In this document: in pieces, positions 1 through 9,270 of the stretch
Layout of the letters: each line of letters opens with the position of its first letter
Numbering within the stretch: position 1 is the stretch's first letter
Translations under genes and position numbers: made by a program
Assembly (NCBI GenBank): GCA_964642585.1
Contig: CAZXPB010000002.1
Location: 1 to 60,241 of the forward strand
Length of the DNA: 60,241 nt
Source of the DNA: an uncultured Candidatus Saccharibacteria bacterium
Lineage (GTDB): Bacteria; Patescibacteriota; Doudnabacteria; UBA920
Direction: 5' to 3'
Notes under the pieces: generated by a model
What the model was told of the DNA's origin: nothing
The model's input: the letters and a program-made list of their open reading frames with translations, nothing else
The model's database searches: none

Positions 1-2479
1 AACCGTCGGTAAGCTGGTTTCCTAAGGTACTCGGCGTAACAGAGTTAGAAGCTGAAGATGCAACAGAAGTACCTACAGAGTTTGTTGCGGTGACTGTAAA
101 AGTATAACCAGTGCCATTTGTTAAACCTGTAACAGTTAATGGTGATGAAGCGCCTGAAGCCGTAAAGTTTCCTGGCGATGAAGTCACCGTGTAACTGGTA
201 ATAGAAGCGCCACCATTATCTACTGGGGCAGTGAATGTGATTGTTGCTTGAGTATTCCCTTCTACCGCAATCACACCAGTTGGCGCATCAGGCGCTGTGG
301 GTGGACCCGGAGTTTTTGTTACAGTACTGCTTACTACACTTGTACCAATTGCATTTACAGCTTTCACTCTAAAATCATAGCTCAACCCGTTTGTTAAACC
401 GGTTACAGTTGCAGTCGTTGAAGTCGAAGTGCCATCTGCAAAAGTTGTCCAAGTGGTTGGTTCAGAAGCTAATTTATACTCTACGATATAGTCAGTAATA
501 GCAGAACCACCATCGTCAGGTGCTGTCCAACTTAGCGATATTTGAGTATTACCTTTAGATGCGCCAAGAGCAGTCGGTGCATCTGGCGCACTTGGCCCAG
601 TGACAGCGATCCCCCATTTTACAGAAAGATAATTTTCAATTTGAGCACGTTGAGTGTTAGTCAAAGTTGTACTGTAAGCAATAACCTCGGCAATATCTCC
701 ATCCCAATAACGAGGACCACCATTGATCATTCCAATTGCAGATGTTGTGTTGGTCATCCCAGAAGAAAGTTCAAAAGTTCCAATCCAAAATTCATTTAAA
801 GGAGCGAAGCTATGTCCTCCGGAACCAGAAATTGAGGTGCCGTTCCTATATGCCGATGCGTAGTTACTTGTTGCTGATGCAATTTTTGTTGTTGCATCCA
901 CACCATTAACAACATGACCATTACCTGGTGAAGTTCCAGTGAAATCACCCACAATACCTGCGTAAGTTCCAAAAGTTGTGTTATCGTATTTTGCAACTAC
1001 AAACACAGTTCGGTAAGCAATAGAGCTATTGATATTTAAATAGTCATCACTGCCATCAAAGCGCATTACAGAGCGGCCATTTTGTACACTTGAAACGAGA
1101 GTTGGGCGAACAGAGCCAGTTGCTGTTCCATTTTTACCATTACCACTCTTGTCATTGACCTGAGAAATAATTCCAGATGATTCAGTAATAGTTGCAGCAT
1201 CCGATCCATCAAGCCACAAAGACATGTTTGAAATTGTCAAAGGAGTTTCAACGCCAGGAGTTGCATTAGCTGTGCTACTCGGTGAGCTAGTACCGATTGC
1301 GTTAATTGTGCTCACTCTAAAGTTGTAAACTAAATCATTAGTTAAGCCTGTGACTGTCGCAGAAGTAGCAGTAGAAGTTCCATCGGAAAAAGTTGTCCAA
1401 GTTGTTGGCTCAGAGTTTAATTTATACTCTACTAGATAATCGGTAATGGCTGATCCTCCGTTGCTTGCCGGTGCTGTCCATGACAAGCTGACTTGGGTAT
1501 TTCCTGCCACACCAGAAAGCCCAGTTGGCGCACCTGGGACTGTTGGGGCAGAAGGAGTTGCATTGGCAGTACTGCTTGGCGTACTCGTTCCTATGGCATT
1601 TATAGCGCTTACTCTAAAATTATAGAGAGAGCCATTACTCAAACTGGTTACTGTAGCAGAAGTAGCAGTAGAAGTTCCATCGGAAAAAGTTGTCCAAGTT
1701 GTTGGCTCAGAGTTTAATTTATACTCTACTAGATAATCGGTAATGGCTGATCCTCCGTTGCTTGCCGGTGCTGTCCATGACAAGCTGACTTGGGTATTTC
1801 CTGCTGTGGCCCCAAGCCCTGTAGGAGCTCCAGGAGCAGTTGGAGCAGCAGGGGTACCTATCACCAAAACATCATCAAAGGTGCTAGCTGCTGCGGAGGA
1901 TTGTAAATACACTGGTTTATCAGTAAAAGTAACTGCGGTGGTCATAGTCCCTTTAAGCACATCGTTTGCATAAACCTCAAAGCCACCAGAAATAATTTTC
2001 ATTTTATAGGTAGCACCGCTAATGTTTGCCCCGCAACTAAGAGCAGATACATTGGTGTTATCCCAAACCAGCATTAAACATCCCCCAGAAGATAGGTCTA
2101 TAATATATGATTTAGCCCCAGCTCCTTGAAAATTAAAATCTCCATAACCCAGTAGCTGATCCGAACCCCTAGTCAGTACGGCTGAAATCTCTAAATTAGT
2201 AGATGAAAAAGTGTCCACCGAATACAAACCAGTCTGTGCCCATACAGACGAATAACTGTTGGCAATAGAGGCAGTACCATTTTGTTGGACATTCCCAGAG
2301 CTACCACCACTCCCAGAAGCATCTACCTCAACCCACTTTGCAGTATTAATTGTGGTACCAGTAAAATCATCTGTCAGCAAAGTCGCAGCTGTGGCAAAAT
2401 GATTAACAAAAGATATTGAAACAACTGCAATTACAGCTAAGCCAACCAGAATACTTGAATATCTCTTTAGTCTATCCAT
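1..2479 (-). CDS. Large secreted or cell-surface protein, start in window and 3' end cut by the window edge. It has an N-terminal signal/anchor, then ConA/LamG-like lectin domains alternating with fibronectin type III repeats.
   Basis: Absent from the ORF track because it runs off the edge. My translation from ATG at 2479 gives MDRLKRYSSILVGLAVIAVVSISF... and stays open to position 1. There are repeated Fn3-type blocks (GNTQVSLSWTAPASNGGSAITDYLVEYK) and a LamG-like block (LWLDGSD...NGRSVMRFDGSDDYL). Confidence 0.8.
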   Translation of the reverse strand, partial: MDRLKRYSSILVGLAVIAVVSISFVNHFATAATLLTDDFTGTTINTAKWVEVDASGSGGSSGNVQQNGTASIANSYSSVWAQTGLYSVDTFSSTNLEISAVLTRGSDQLLGYGDFNFQGAGAKSYIIDLSSGGCLMLVWDNTNVSALSCGANISGATYKMKIISGGFEVYANDVLKGTMTTAVTFTDKPVYLQSSAAASTFDDVLVIGTPAAPTAPGAPTGLGATAGNTQVSLSWTAPASNGGSAITDYLVEYKLNSEPTTWTTFSDGTSTATSATVTSLSNGSLYNFRVSAINAIGTSTPSSTANATPSAPTVPGAPTGLSGVAGNTQVSLSWTAPASNGGSAITDYLVEYKLNSEPTTWTTFSDGTSTATSATVTGLTNDLVYNFRVSTINAIGTSSPSSTANATPGVETPLTISNMSLWLDGSDAATITESSGIISQVNDKSGNGKNGTATGSVRPTLVSSVQNGRSVMRFDGSDDYLNINSSIAYRTVFVVAKYDNTTFGTYAGIVGDFTGTSPGNGHVVNGVDATTKIASATSNYASAYRNGTSISGSGGHSFAPLNEFWIGTFELSSGMTNTTSAIGMINGGPRYWDGDIAEVIAYSTTLTNTQRAQIENYLSVKWGIAVTGPSAPDAPTALGASKGNTQISLSWTAPDDGGSAITDYIVEYKLASEPTTWTTFADGTSTSTTATVTGLTNGLSYDFRVKAVNAIGTSVVSSTVTKTPGPPTAPDAPTGVIAVEGNTQATITFTAPVDNGGASITSYTVTSSPGNFTASGASSPLTVTGLTNGTGYTFTVTATNSVGTSVASSASNSVTPSTLGNQLTDG
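1359..1804 (-). repeat. Tandem in-frame repeat, period 297 bp (99 codons, one Fn3 unit). It has two 149-bp perfectly identical copies, at 1359-1507 and 1656-1804.
   Basis: Direct comparison of the two stretches. They are identical from GCAGAAGTAGCAGTAG to TTCCTGC, while the flanking halves of each unit are diverged. More diverged copies lie near 60-300 and 400-560. Confidence 0.9.
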
Positions 2480-2692
2480 TTTACTTTTTTCTATTTATTT
2501 CTATTATTTCCAAGGTCTTTAAAATAATTGTACCATATTCCCTCAAGAACTCAACAGATTAAATCATTATAGCCTGATTTAACAAGTATTTAGCCATTGC
2601 AAAATATTCAATATTTAGCTATACTTTTCTAGTATTTAGTTAGTAATCATTTTGAGAGCGAAAGCTTAGGAATATGGTTATCTGAAAATTTA

Positions 2693-2769
2693 CGGGAACT
2701 GGCTCAATTGGCTAGAGCACTCGGTTTGGGACCGAGAGGTTCCGGGTTCGAGTCCCGGGTTCCCGACCA
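2693..2769 (+). tRNA. tRNA-Pro (anticodon UGG), CCA encoded
   Basis: Hand-folded cloverleaf. Acceptor CGGGAAC/GTTCCCG, D stem GCTC/GAGC, anticodon stem CTCGG/CCGAG with loop TTTGGGA, T arm CCGGG-TTCGAGT-CCCGG, discriminator A plus CCA. Confidence 0.9.
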
Positions 2770-2795
2770 CCAAGTTGGCGGGCGTGCCCGCTCAC

Positions 2796-2870
2796 GCGGG
2801 TATCGTATAATGGTTATTATCTCAGTTTTCCAAACTGATGACAGGGGTTCGATTCCCCTTACCCGCTCCA
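2796..2870 (+). tRNA. tRNA-Gly (anticodon UCC), CCA encoded
   Basis: Acceptor GCGGGTA/TACCCGC, anticodon stem TCAGT/ACTGA with loop TTTCCAA, T arm AGGGG-TTCGATT-CCCCT, then T plus CCA. The D stem is weak. The layout resembles Bacillus tRNA-Gly(UCC). Confidence 0.85.
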
Positions 2871-2900
2871 AGAAAATTTCAAGAATAAATATACAGTTTA

Positions 2901-2925
2901 AAAAACCGCCCAGATGGGCGGTTTT
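2901..2925. terminator. Bidirectional intrinsic terminator between the tRNA pair and hup
   Basis: AAAAACCGCCC-AGAT-GGGCGGTTTT hairpin, with an A-run on one side and a T-run on the other. Confidence 0.8.
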
Positions 2926-2944
2926 AGAATACGAGAAAATGTGT

Positions 2945-3238
2945 CTAGTTGTTGCGGAGTTTGACAGCGTCTTTGAATGCTTCACCGGCTTTAAACTTTG
3001 GAGTGTTTAATTCTGGAATCTGAATCTTCTGAGATGGATTACGGGGGTTCACACCAATGCGAGGTTCTCTGTGAGATACGCTAAATTGACCAAAACCGCT
3101 AATGTTTACTTTGTCGCCACTGCGAAGAGTTTCATACACTAGATTAATGAATGTATTTAACATTTTTTCTGCTTCTGTATATGTCACCGACATACGAGCA
3201 GCCAATTGTTCAATTAAATCTGATTTATTTAAACTCAT
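2945..3238 (-). CDS. hup: DNA-binding protein HU
   Basis: 97 aa. MSLNKSDLIEQLA...GFGQFSVSHREPRIGVNPRNPSQKIQIP...KFKAG is a typical HU/IHF fold signature. Confidence 0.9.
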   Translation of the reverse strand: MSLNKSDLIEQLAARMSVTYTEAEKMLNTFINLVYETLRSGDKVNISGFGQFSVSHREPRIGVNPRNPSQKIQIPELNTPKFKAGEAFKDAVKLRNN

Positions 3239-3378
3239 ATGGTTATTATAGCACGGATTACTTTATGAATAATTTGCCGATACCATTGATTAATGAAGCA
3301 ATACCGAATTCAACTAACTTCCAAGTTTTTTCTGTGTGTTTTTTAAGCTTTTCCATGCTTTGATTATAGCATATTTTA

Positions 3379-5214
3379 CTACTCAACTCCAGCACTCAAA
3401 ACAAATTTATAGAGCGCGATAACTCCTGCCGCCACTGCTGCTGCTCCCATCGCAATAATTTTACCCAATGAGTTGTTTTGAGGCTTTTTTGTGCTTTCTC
3501 CAAGTACTTGTGGGTTTGCAGCTTCACTTTGATTAGTTTTTGGAGCTGCTACAGAAGTTGCTTTCGCTGTTGTCTTTGAAGCTGATTTTGTTGCAGTTTT
3601 TGTTGCCGTTTTAGCGCTACTTTTTGAGTTGGTTTTTGTGGTTGTTTTTTCAGCAACTTTACTAACTTCTTCTTTTATGACCTGCGGTAAAACTAAAATA
3701 TTAGTTTCCCCTGCAGTTAGCTTTGTGGTCCACAAAAACCCATCTTCAAAACTAGCGTAACTAGATCCTTTTACTGCTTTGGGGTAGTTAAGAGAATCTA
3801 AAGTTTCTGAGCCATCTTTTAGAGCTAAAGTCTGTCCAGAATTGCGCAGCTGTGCTGGAAGTTGATCTTGAGTGACAACGAAAAACTCCCCACTTTCCAA
3901 TTCCCCTTCCGGCAACAGTTTATGTTTAGTGCCAACATATAACTCTACTTCAGAAAGTTCGGCTGTTTCTTCTCCGGTGTTTTGAATTTCTAAAAATTCT
4001 TTGTCACCTGAATTCGGATCGGCATAGATTTCACTTATTACCAATCCGGAATTATCGTGTCTGGGTTCTGTGTCAGTGTCATCGTCTGAGTCGTCTTCTG
4101 AATCATCTTCTGGCTGTGGCTCAGGAGCTAAACCGTTTGCCTCTCCCAAAGTTTGTGGTGCCCATGCCCACGCGCTACTAAAGTAACTCCACGACATATT
4201 TTCCGGAGTGGTCTCTTCGTAGAACGCTGAATCTAGCGGTAGAAATTGTTTATTAAACAAAGTTACAACATCACCCCCAGAGTTGTTTAGCGCAAACTTC
4301 CCTGCTGGAATTGTGATCGCTAGATATTCATCGGAAGTAATTTGTAAGTCTAAGATTTCATAGGCGTTTGTAGACACTTCGTCTGTTGCTGCGATGTCAT
4401 CTAAAATAAAGCCATTAAGATTTACAGTTTGACTGCCAAGATTATGGATTTCTATTTTTTCAAAACCAGCATCCTCTCCAGCAGGGTTTGGGAGTAGCTC
4501 AGTTATTTTTAACAGCACAGGTGTTGGTTCAGGAACGGGCTCGGGGTCAGGGTCTGGAACAGGAATCGGTGCCGGGTCTGGCTCTGGGTCAGGTTCTGGT
4601 TCTGGCAGCGGTTCTGGTAGAACTTCATCTGAAGAATTTCTTGGACTACTTAATGCCATAATGAAACTAGCTTGCTCACTAAATAAATCCTCTCTTAGCA
4701 GCGAGGTGTTTGCAGTAGGATTTGTACTGGAAACTGTAGGAAAACCATTGGCAGTGCTACCCCAAGCTACTGCATCTATAATATCCCCTAAGTTCTCTTC
4801 TCCAAATCTTAGTGCCACACCATTATTGTCTGCCAATGTCCCAGTAGATGTGGCATCTGGCGTTTTTGAAATTGTAGTAAAACTTGAGTTTGCCCAAAGA
4901 TAGAACCTGTGAGGAAGTACAATCGTTGGCTCAATCCACGCTTTTAGTAGAGTGTCTGATGTGCCGGCGGCAGTGCGCTTTACTAACCTATGGCCATTGA
5001 GGTCAAAAGGTAAATCTGAGGGATTGTACAACTCAATGAAATCTTCTTGAGTATGCCCAGTACCTCCCGTAATTTGGATGGCAGAGATAATTAAATTTGG
5101 ATCTTCGTTGGCCAATGCCACGCGCGCTGGCATTAAAAGCAAACTTAAATTTCCAAGCAATACTGTGGTAACAAAAGTTTGCCGAAAAAACGTAACTAGT
5201 TTTTGCATTCGCAT
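3379..5214 (-). CDS. Surface protein with three lamin-tail-like (LTD) domains, acidic Pro/Glu/Asp linkers and a C-terminal TM anchor
   Basis: 611 aa with an N-terminal signal-like segment. Three LTD-type motifs are present: IQITGGTGHTQEDFIELYNPS, ITELLPNPAGEDAGFEKIEIHN and ISEIYADPNSGDKEFLEIQN. There are PEPEPDPEP and DDSEDDSDDD linkers, a KT-rich tail, then IIAMGAAAVAAGVIALY. Confidence 0.75.
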   Translation of the reverse strand: MRMQKLVTFFRQTFVTTVLLGNLSLLLMPARVALANEDPNLIISAIQITGGTGHTQEDFIELYNPSDLPFDLNGHRLVKRTAAGTSDTLLKAWIEPTIVLPHRFYLWANSSFTTISKTPDATSTGTLADNNGVALRFGEENLGDIIDAVAWGSTANGFPTVSSTNPTANTSLLREDLFSEQASFIMALSSPRNSSDEVLPEPLPEPEPDPEPDPAPIPVPDPDPEPVPEPTPVLLKITELLPNPAGEDAGFEKIEIHNLGSQTVNLNGFILDDIAATDEVSTNAYEILDLQITSDEYLAITIPAGKFALNNSGGDVVTLFNKQFLPLDSAFYEETTPENMSWSYFSSAWAWAPQTLGEANGLAPEPQPEDDSEDDSDDDTDTEPRHDNSGLVISEIYADPNSGDKEFLEIQNTGEETAELSEVELYVGTKHKLLPEGELESGEFFVVTQDQLPAQLRNSGQTLALKDGSETLDSLNYPKAVKGSSYASFEDGFLWTTKLTAGETNILVLPQVIKEEVSKVAEKTTTKTNSKSSAKTATKTATKSASKTTAKATSVAAPKTNQSEAANPQVLGESTKKPQNNSLGKIIAMGAAAVAAGVIALYKFVLSAGVE

Positions 5215-5392
5215 ATGTTTTTTAGTTAATGATTACTAAATTCATTATGCAAAATGTGCGATAAAGTCCTGATTAAGAAAAACCAAAATCCAGATAAAAC
5301 AAAAGCCGCCCATTAAAGGACGGCCTTTGATTCGAGCCATAGGTGGCTTCAGAATAACGTTGACGTGTACATCATACTATACACATGAACCT

Positions 5393-5809
5393 TTATTCAA
5401 TAGCGATCTTTTTATACAAAGTTCCCAAAACCCCATTTACAAATTTTCCACTAGACTCTCCTCCGAAGCGCTTACCCATTTCAACCGATTCGTTGATTGC
5501 CACTTTAGGTGGAATCTTTTTTGAAAACATCAACTCAAAAATTCCTAAGCGTAAAACATTTCTATCTATAGTTGTAATTTGAGCGATTGGCCACTCTGGA
5601 GCAGTTTCAACAATTATCTTATCAATCTCTTCTATATTATCCACCACACCGGTGACAAGCTCTCTAGCAAAGTCAGAATCATCTGCGCCTGCTGCGAATT
5701 CTTCGATGGCGCGATCTAAAATCACTGGCAGTTCTAACTGCTTGTCGTTAAAATCCCATTCAAATAATGCTTGAAGCGCAACAGTGCGCAAAAGGTGTCG
5801 GTTTGCCAT
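5393..5809 (-). CDS. nusB: Transcription antitermination factor NusB
   Basis: 138 aa. It has the [14 protein letters not shown]-terminus, and [13 protein letters not shown]...[13 protein letters not shown] is a typical NusB pattern. Confidence 0.85.
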   Translation of the reverse strand: MANRHLLRTVALQALFEWDFNDKQLELPVILDRAIEEFAAGADDSDFARELVTGVVDNIEEIDKIIVETAPEWPIAQITTIDRNVLRLGIFELMFSKKIPPKVAINESVEMGKRFGGESSGKFVNGVLGTLYKKIAIE

Positions 5810-5837
5810 ACTTTTAAAATAAAAAACGCAATGTAGC

Positions 5838-6005
5838 TTAAACTACTTTGCGTCCTTTTAGGTTACCACAGTTTGGACATGGCTTGTGAGGCATTGTAGC
5901 ACTGCCACAATTTTTGCAAGTAGCAAAGCTTTGTGCTGATAGTGCGTGATGACTACGGCGTTGGTCGCGACCACTGCGGGTTTTATGCTTCTTTGGAACT
6001 CCCAT
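5838..6005 (-). CDS. rpmF: 50S ribosomal protein L32
   Basis: Below the ORF-track length cutoff. My translation is [55 protein letters not shown] (55 aa). It has the L32 N-terminal motif and a CxxC...CxxC knuckle. Confidence 0.9.
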   Translation of the reverse strand: MGVPKKHKTRSGRDQRRSHHALSAQSFATCKNCGSATMPHKPCPNCGNLKGRKVV

Positions 6006-6065
6006 AGGATTATTTTAAAGTGATAATTAATTGATACTCAGCTTGCTGTTTCAGCCAATGCGATA

Positions 6066-6094
6066 ATTATAGCTAAAAAGGCGTTGTTCGTCAA
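6066..6094 (-). promoter_or_regulatory. Sigma70-type promoter for rpmF-nusB (TTGACG-17-TATAAT on the minus strand)
   Basis: Plus-strand ATTATA at 6066-6071 and CGTCAA at 6089-6094, separated by 17 bp. Confidence 0.6.
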
Positions 6095-6207
6095 GGCTGG
6101 GTTTTGATACCAGAATTTAGACAAAAAGAAAGGGTTAGACGCGATTGCGACTAACCCTACCCCACTTTTCAAGCGCGACTCTTCCCAGAAACGCTCAAAG
6201 TGAGATT

Positions 6208-6885
6208 TTAGCTACTTGGTGATCCTTTGTAGCAATTGCCGTACTTTAGTACATTCACATCCGTAGTTTCCCGACCAATATGATCACGAATTATTTCCAC
6301 CAACTCCATAGGGTCGGTTTCTTTCATCGGATCTTTTTCCATAGCGATTAGCTTAGGCATAATGGTCAGTTTTTTCGGACGAAGTGATCGAACAATTTTC
6401 TCAGCGAATTTTACATCCGCTGGTCTTGTGAAATCGGCTTGCTCTACACTTGCAACATCAAAAGGAATATATTGTCCGTTTTCCTGAAGAACCAATACCG
6501 GCCCACCATTTTCCACTTTCACAAATGTAGGTGAAAAATAAATAATACTTTCTGTGGTGACCCACAAAAATTTATTTTCCGAGCAACGAATACTGATCAT
6601 CATTTGAGACTTTGTGCTAGGCACAAAATTTGATGATGGGGGGAAAAACGGAAGTTTGTCTGCAGAAAATACTGCCGGCGGAATTCGCACAACAGGAGAA
6701 ACCGCAGAGTCTTTCTTTGGAACCCTTTTCACAGCTTTTGTAACACTAGCAGTTTTTTTCAACGGTGCCTTTTTAACTTTCCGGACAACAGGTTTCTTTT
6801 TTGACTTCGGACCTTGCGCCGTGATACTTTGTGCTGGAAGCAAAAATAATGCTGCCAAAAAAACATACAAAATAGCTTTCATCAT
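6208..6885 (-). CDS. Hypothetical secreted protein (signal peptide, Lys-rich N-terminal region)
   Basis: 225 aa. It starts MMKAILYVFLAALFLLPAQSITAQG, followed by KKKPVVRKVKKAPLKK. It has its own terminator hairpin at about 6133-6165. I recognised no family. Confidence 0.6.
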   Translation of the reverse strand: MMKAILYVFLAALFLLPAQSITAQGPKSKKKPVVRKVKKAPLKKTASVTKAVKRVPKKDSAVSPVVRIPPAVFSADKLPFFPPSSNFVPSTKSQMMISIRCSENKFLWVTTESIIYFSPTFVKVENGGPVLVLQENGQYIPFDVASVEQADFTRPADVKFAEKIVRSLRPKKLTIMPKLIAMEKDPMKETDPMELVEIIRDHIGRETTDVNVLKYGNCYKGSPSS

Positions 6886-7117
6886 CTTTACCTCCTAAAG
6901 GATGTTCTTGTTTGCGCTTCTGAGCTGGAAATTCAGCTTTTCTCTATTATACTCTATAATGCTTGAAAACAATAAAAAATCCAAGAAAACAATATTTCTT
7001 GGATTTTTTATTGTGCCCCTAATCCGAGTAACCGAAATCAGGAGCCCGTACATAATATCGTATTTTCGATGAATTGTCAAGATTGCCTTTATTCCAGGCA
7101 AATACCGTACATTGAAT

Positions 7118-8794
7118 TTAGAATCCCATTCCGCCCATACCGCCCATACCTCCGCCCATTGGAGCAGACTCTGTTTTCGGCTCTGGTTTATCTACAATAA
7201 TAGTTTCGGTTGTGACCAATGTAGAGGCAATAGACACTGCGTTTTCAAGCGCAAGGCGAGTAACTTTTACAGGGTCAACAATTCCAGCTTGAATCATATC
7301 TTCTTTTTTGCCTGCTTCACTGCGGAGTTCATCGTAGTTTGAGAAGTCATACCCTGCGTGACCACCAGCTTTTTGTACAAAGTTGATAATACCGCTTGCC
7401 TCGGCTCCCGCATTTTCTGCAATCTGACGCATTGGCGCTTCTAAAGATTTGCGGACAATCATGGCGCCACGCTTTTCGTTTTCTTGGAAATAATCGCCAC
7501 TAGTAATCGCTTGTTCAAGGGTAGGTGCGATTTTTGCTAAAGCGGCGCCGCCTCCTGCAACAATACCCTCTTCAACTGCAGCGCGGGTTGCGTTGAGCGC
7601 ATCTTCAATTTTAAACTTCTTGGCTTTCATTTCTGTTTCAGTAAATGCCCCTACTTTAATGACGCCAATTCCGCCAGCAAGTCTAGCGATTCGTTCAGTC
7701 AACTTGTCTTTGTCAAAATCAGATGTTGACTCTTTAATTGCCACGCGCATCTGGGCAACACGAGAATCTATTGCCGCTTTGTCTCCTGCACCATCTACAA
7801 TTGTAGTGTGTTCTTTAGTTGCAATCACTTTGCGTGATTTTCCTAAGTGCTCAACTTCTGTTTTATCTAATGCTAAACCAAGTTCAGATGTTATTACAGA
7901 CCCACCAGTTAGAACAGCAATATCTTCTAGCTGTTCTTTACGGCGATCACCAAATCCTGGTGCTTTTACTGCAAGCACCGAGAAAGTGCCACGAAGTTTG
8001 TTTAGAACAAAGGTGGTTAGAGCTTCCCCTTCTACATCATCAGCAATAATCACTAATTCTTTTTTGCCAGTTTGGGCAATTTTTTCTAACAAAGGCAACA
8101 CTTCTTGCACACTGGAAATCTTTTTGTCGGTAATTAAAATATATGGATCATCCCACACTGCTTCCATACGTTCAGTATTGGTAACCATATAAGAAGAAAC
8201 AAAACCGCGATCAAAACGCATCCCTTTCACCACTTCTTTTTCAATCCCAATACTTTGCCCCTCTTCCACAGTAATAACACCATCATTGCCAACTTCTTGC
8301 ATTGCTTCGGCAATGAGCTTTCCCACTTCTTCATCTAAAGAAGAGATGGTAGCAACTTGTTGAATTCCTTCTTGAGTAGAAACTACTTTTTTTACTTTAT
8401 TCAATTCTTCCACAACAAATCGCACAGCCTTATCCATTCCGCGCTTCAAGTCATTTGCTTTAAAAGTATTTCGTTCAAGTTCTAAGAATGCTTCTTCAAT
8501 CATTTTTTGAGCTAAGACAGTTGCCGTGGTAGTACCGTCTCCGGCATCATCATTTGTCTTACTAGCAACTTCTTTAATCAAAGAGACTCCAATATTTTGG
8601 AACTTATCTTCTAGCTCAATCTCTTTGGCAACAGTTACGCCGTCATCGGAAATTGTGGGACTGCCATAACCACGATCTAAGATTACCGCTTTCCCAGTTG
8701 GTCCCAGCGTTACTTTAATGGCATTTGCCGCAATGTCTACCCCTTCTTTAATTGATTTTTTGGCTTCAAAGCCAGTTTTGATTATTTTACTCAT
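7118..8794 (-). CDS. groL: Chaperonin GroEL
   Basis: 558 aa with [12 protein letters not shown], the GGGAALAK motif and a C-terminal [11 protein letters not shown] tail. Confidence 0.97.
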   Translation of the reverse strand: MSKIIKTGFEAKKSIKEGVDIAANAIKVTLGPTGKAVILDRGYGSPTISDDGVTVAKEIELEDKFQNIGVSLIKEVASKTNDDAGDGTTTATVLAQKMIEEAFLELERNTFKANDLKRGMDKAVRFVVEELNKVKKVVSTQEGIQQVATISSLDEEVGKLIAEAMQEVGNDGVITVEEGQSIGIEKEVVKGMRFDRGFVSSYMVTNTERMEAVWDDPYILITDKKISSVQEVLPLLEKIAQTGKKELVIIADDVEGEALTTFVLNKLRGTFSVLAVKAPGFGDRRKEQLEDIAVLTGGSVITSELGLALDKTEVEHLGKSRKVIATKEHTTIVDGAGDKAAIDSRVAQMRVAIKESTSDFDKDKLTERIARLAGGIGVIKVGAFTETEMKAKKFKIEDALNATRAAVEEGIVAGGGAALAKIAPTLEQAITSGDYFQENEKRGAMIVRKSLEAPMRQIAENAGAEASGIINFVQKAGGHAGYDFSNYDELRSEAGKKEDMIQAGIVDPVKVTRLALENAVSIASTLVTTETIIVDKPEPKTESAPMGGGMGGMGGMGF

Positions 8795-8809
8795 TGGATT
8801 TCCTTTCTA

Positions 8810-9127
8810 TTAACTTTCTATAATTGCTACGGCCTGTGAATCTTCGTCGTCAGCGATATATACAATTTTGTACTTTTCTTTTGGAGCACCGACTGCATCT
8901 GTCTCAGCCAGTTCTACTTCGGCAATTCCATATCCATTAAAAACGATAGTGTCACCTATCTTGATCCCGTATTCTTCAATTAGTTTGCCATTACCGAGCG
9001 CTTTCACAACTCCTTGATTTGGTTTTTCGCGTTCGGAACTAGCTGGTAATACTATCCCGCTAGCCGTAACTTCTTCAACTGAAAGTTGCTTAACCAAAAC
9101 GCGATTTCCGAGTGGTCTAATATTCAT
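8810..9127 (-). CDS. groS: Co-chaperonin GroES
   Basis: 105 aa. It starts MNIRPLGNRVLVK...GIVLP and lies directly upstream of groEL. Confidence 0.93.
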   Translation of the reverse strand: MNIRPLGNRVLVKQLSVEEVTASGIVLPASSEREKPNQGVVKALGNGKLIEEYGIKIGDTIVFNGYGIAEVELAETDAVGAPKEKYKIVYIADDEDSQAVAIIES

Positions 9128-9219
9128 AACTCTCCTTCTCCCAAATGGGAACTTAATTATTAAAATTATTGTTCATAAAAGCTCCTAATTGGAGCTTGGC
9201 TAACAAAAATAAAAGCCTG

Positions 9220-9246
9220 TTAGCAATCTCATTGTAAGAGTGCTAA
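9220..9246 (-). promoter_or_regulatory. CIRCE operator (HrcA binding site) upstream of groES
   Basis: TTAGCAATC-N9-GAGTGCTAA, compared with the consensus TTAGCACTC-N9-GAGTGCTAA. hrcA is present in the window. Confidence 0.85.
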
Positions 9247-9259
9247 CAAGCTTTGTCAA
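9231..9259 (-). promoter_or_regulatory. groES promoter, TTGACA-17-TACAAT on the minus strand, with the -10 inside the CIRCE spacer
   Basis: Plus-strand ATTGTA at 9231-9236 and TGTCAA at 9254-9259, with a 17-bp spacer. Confidence 0.7.
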
Positions 9260-9270
9260 GAACGGTTGAA

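Noticed and set aside
1-2479. A diversity-generating retroelement target (near-identical repeats in a surface protein)
   Set aside because: There is no reverse transcriptase in the window. The repeats are in-frame tandem Fn3 units. The differences between copies are not adenine-specific, and one half is perfectly identical.
2770-2795. The hairpin GCGGGC-GTG-CCCGC in the tRNA-Pro/tRNA-Gly spacer as a distinct functional element
   Set aside because: It is short and duplicates the first five nt of tRNA-Gly. It is most simply a processing spacer or chance structure, and there is not enough evidence to call it.
7593-8192. Long antisense ORFs in the track. Examples are 7593-8192 opposite groEL, 42436-42993 opposite dnaK, 28814-29335 opposite der, 15551-16042 opposite the PPIase, 33749-34117 opposite topA, and 40319-40867.
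   Set aside because: These are shadow ORFs inside strongly supported genes. They have low-complexity Ser/Leu/Thr-rich products, no RBS and no motifs.
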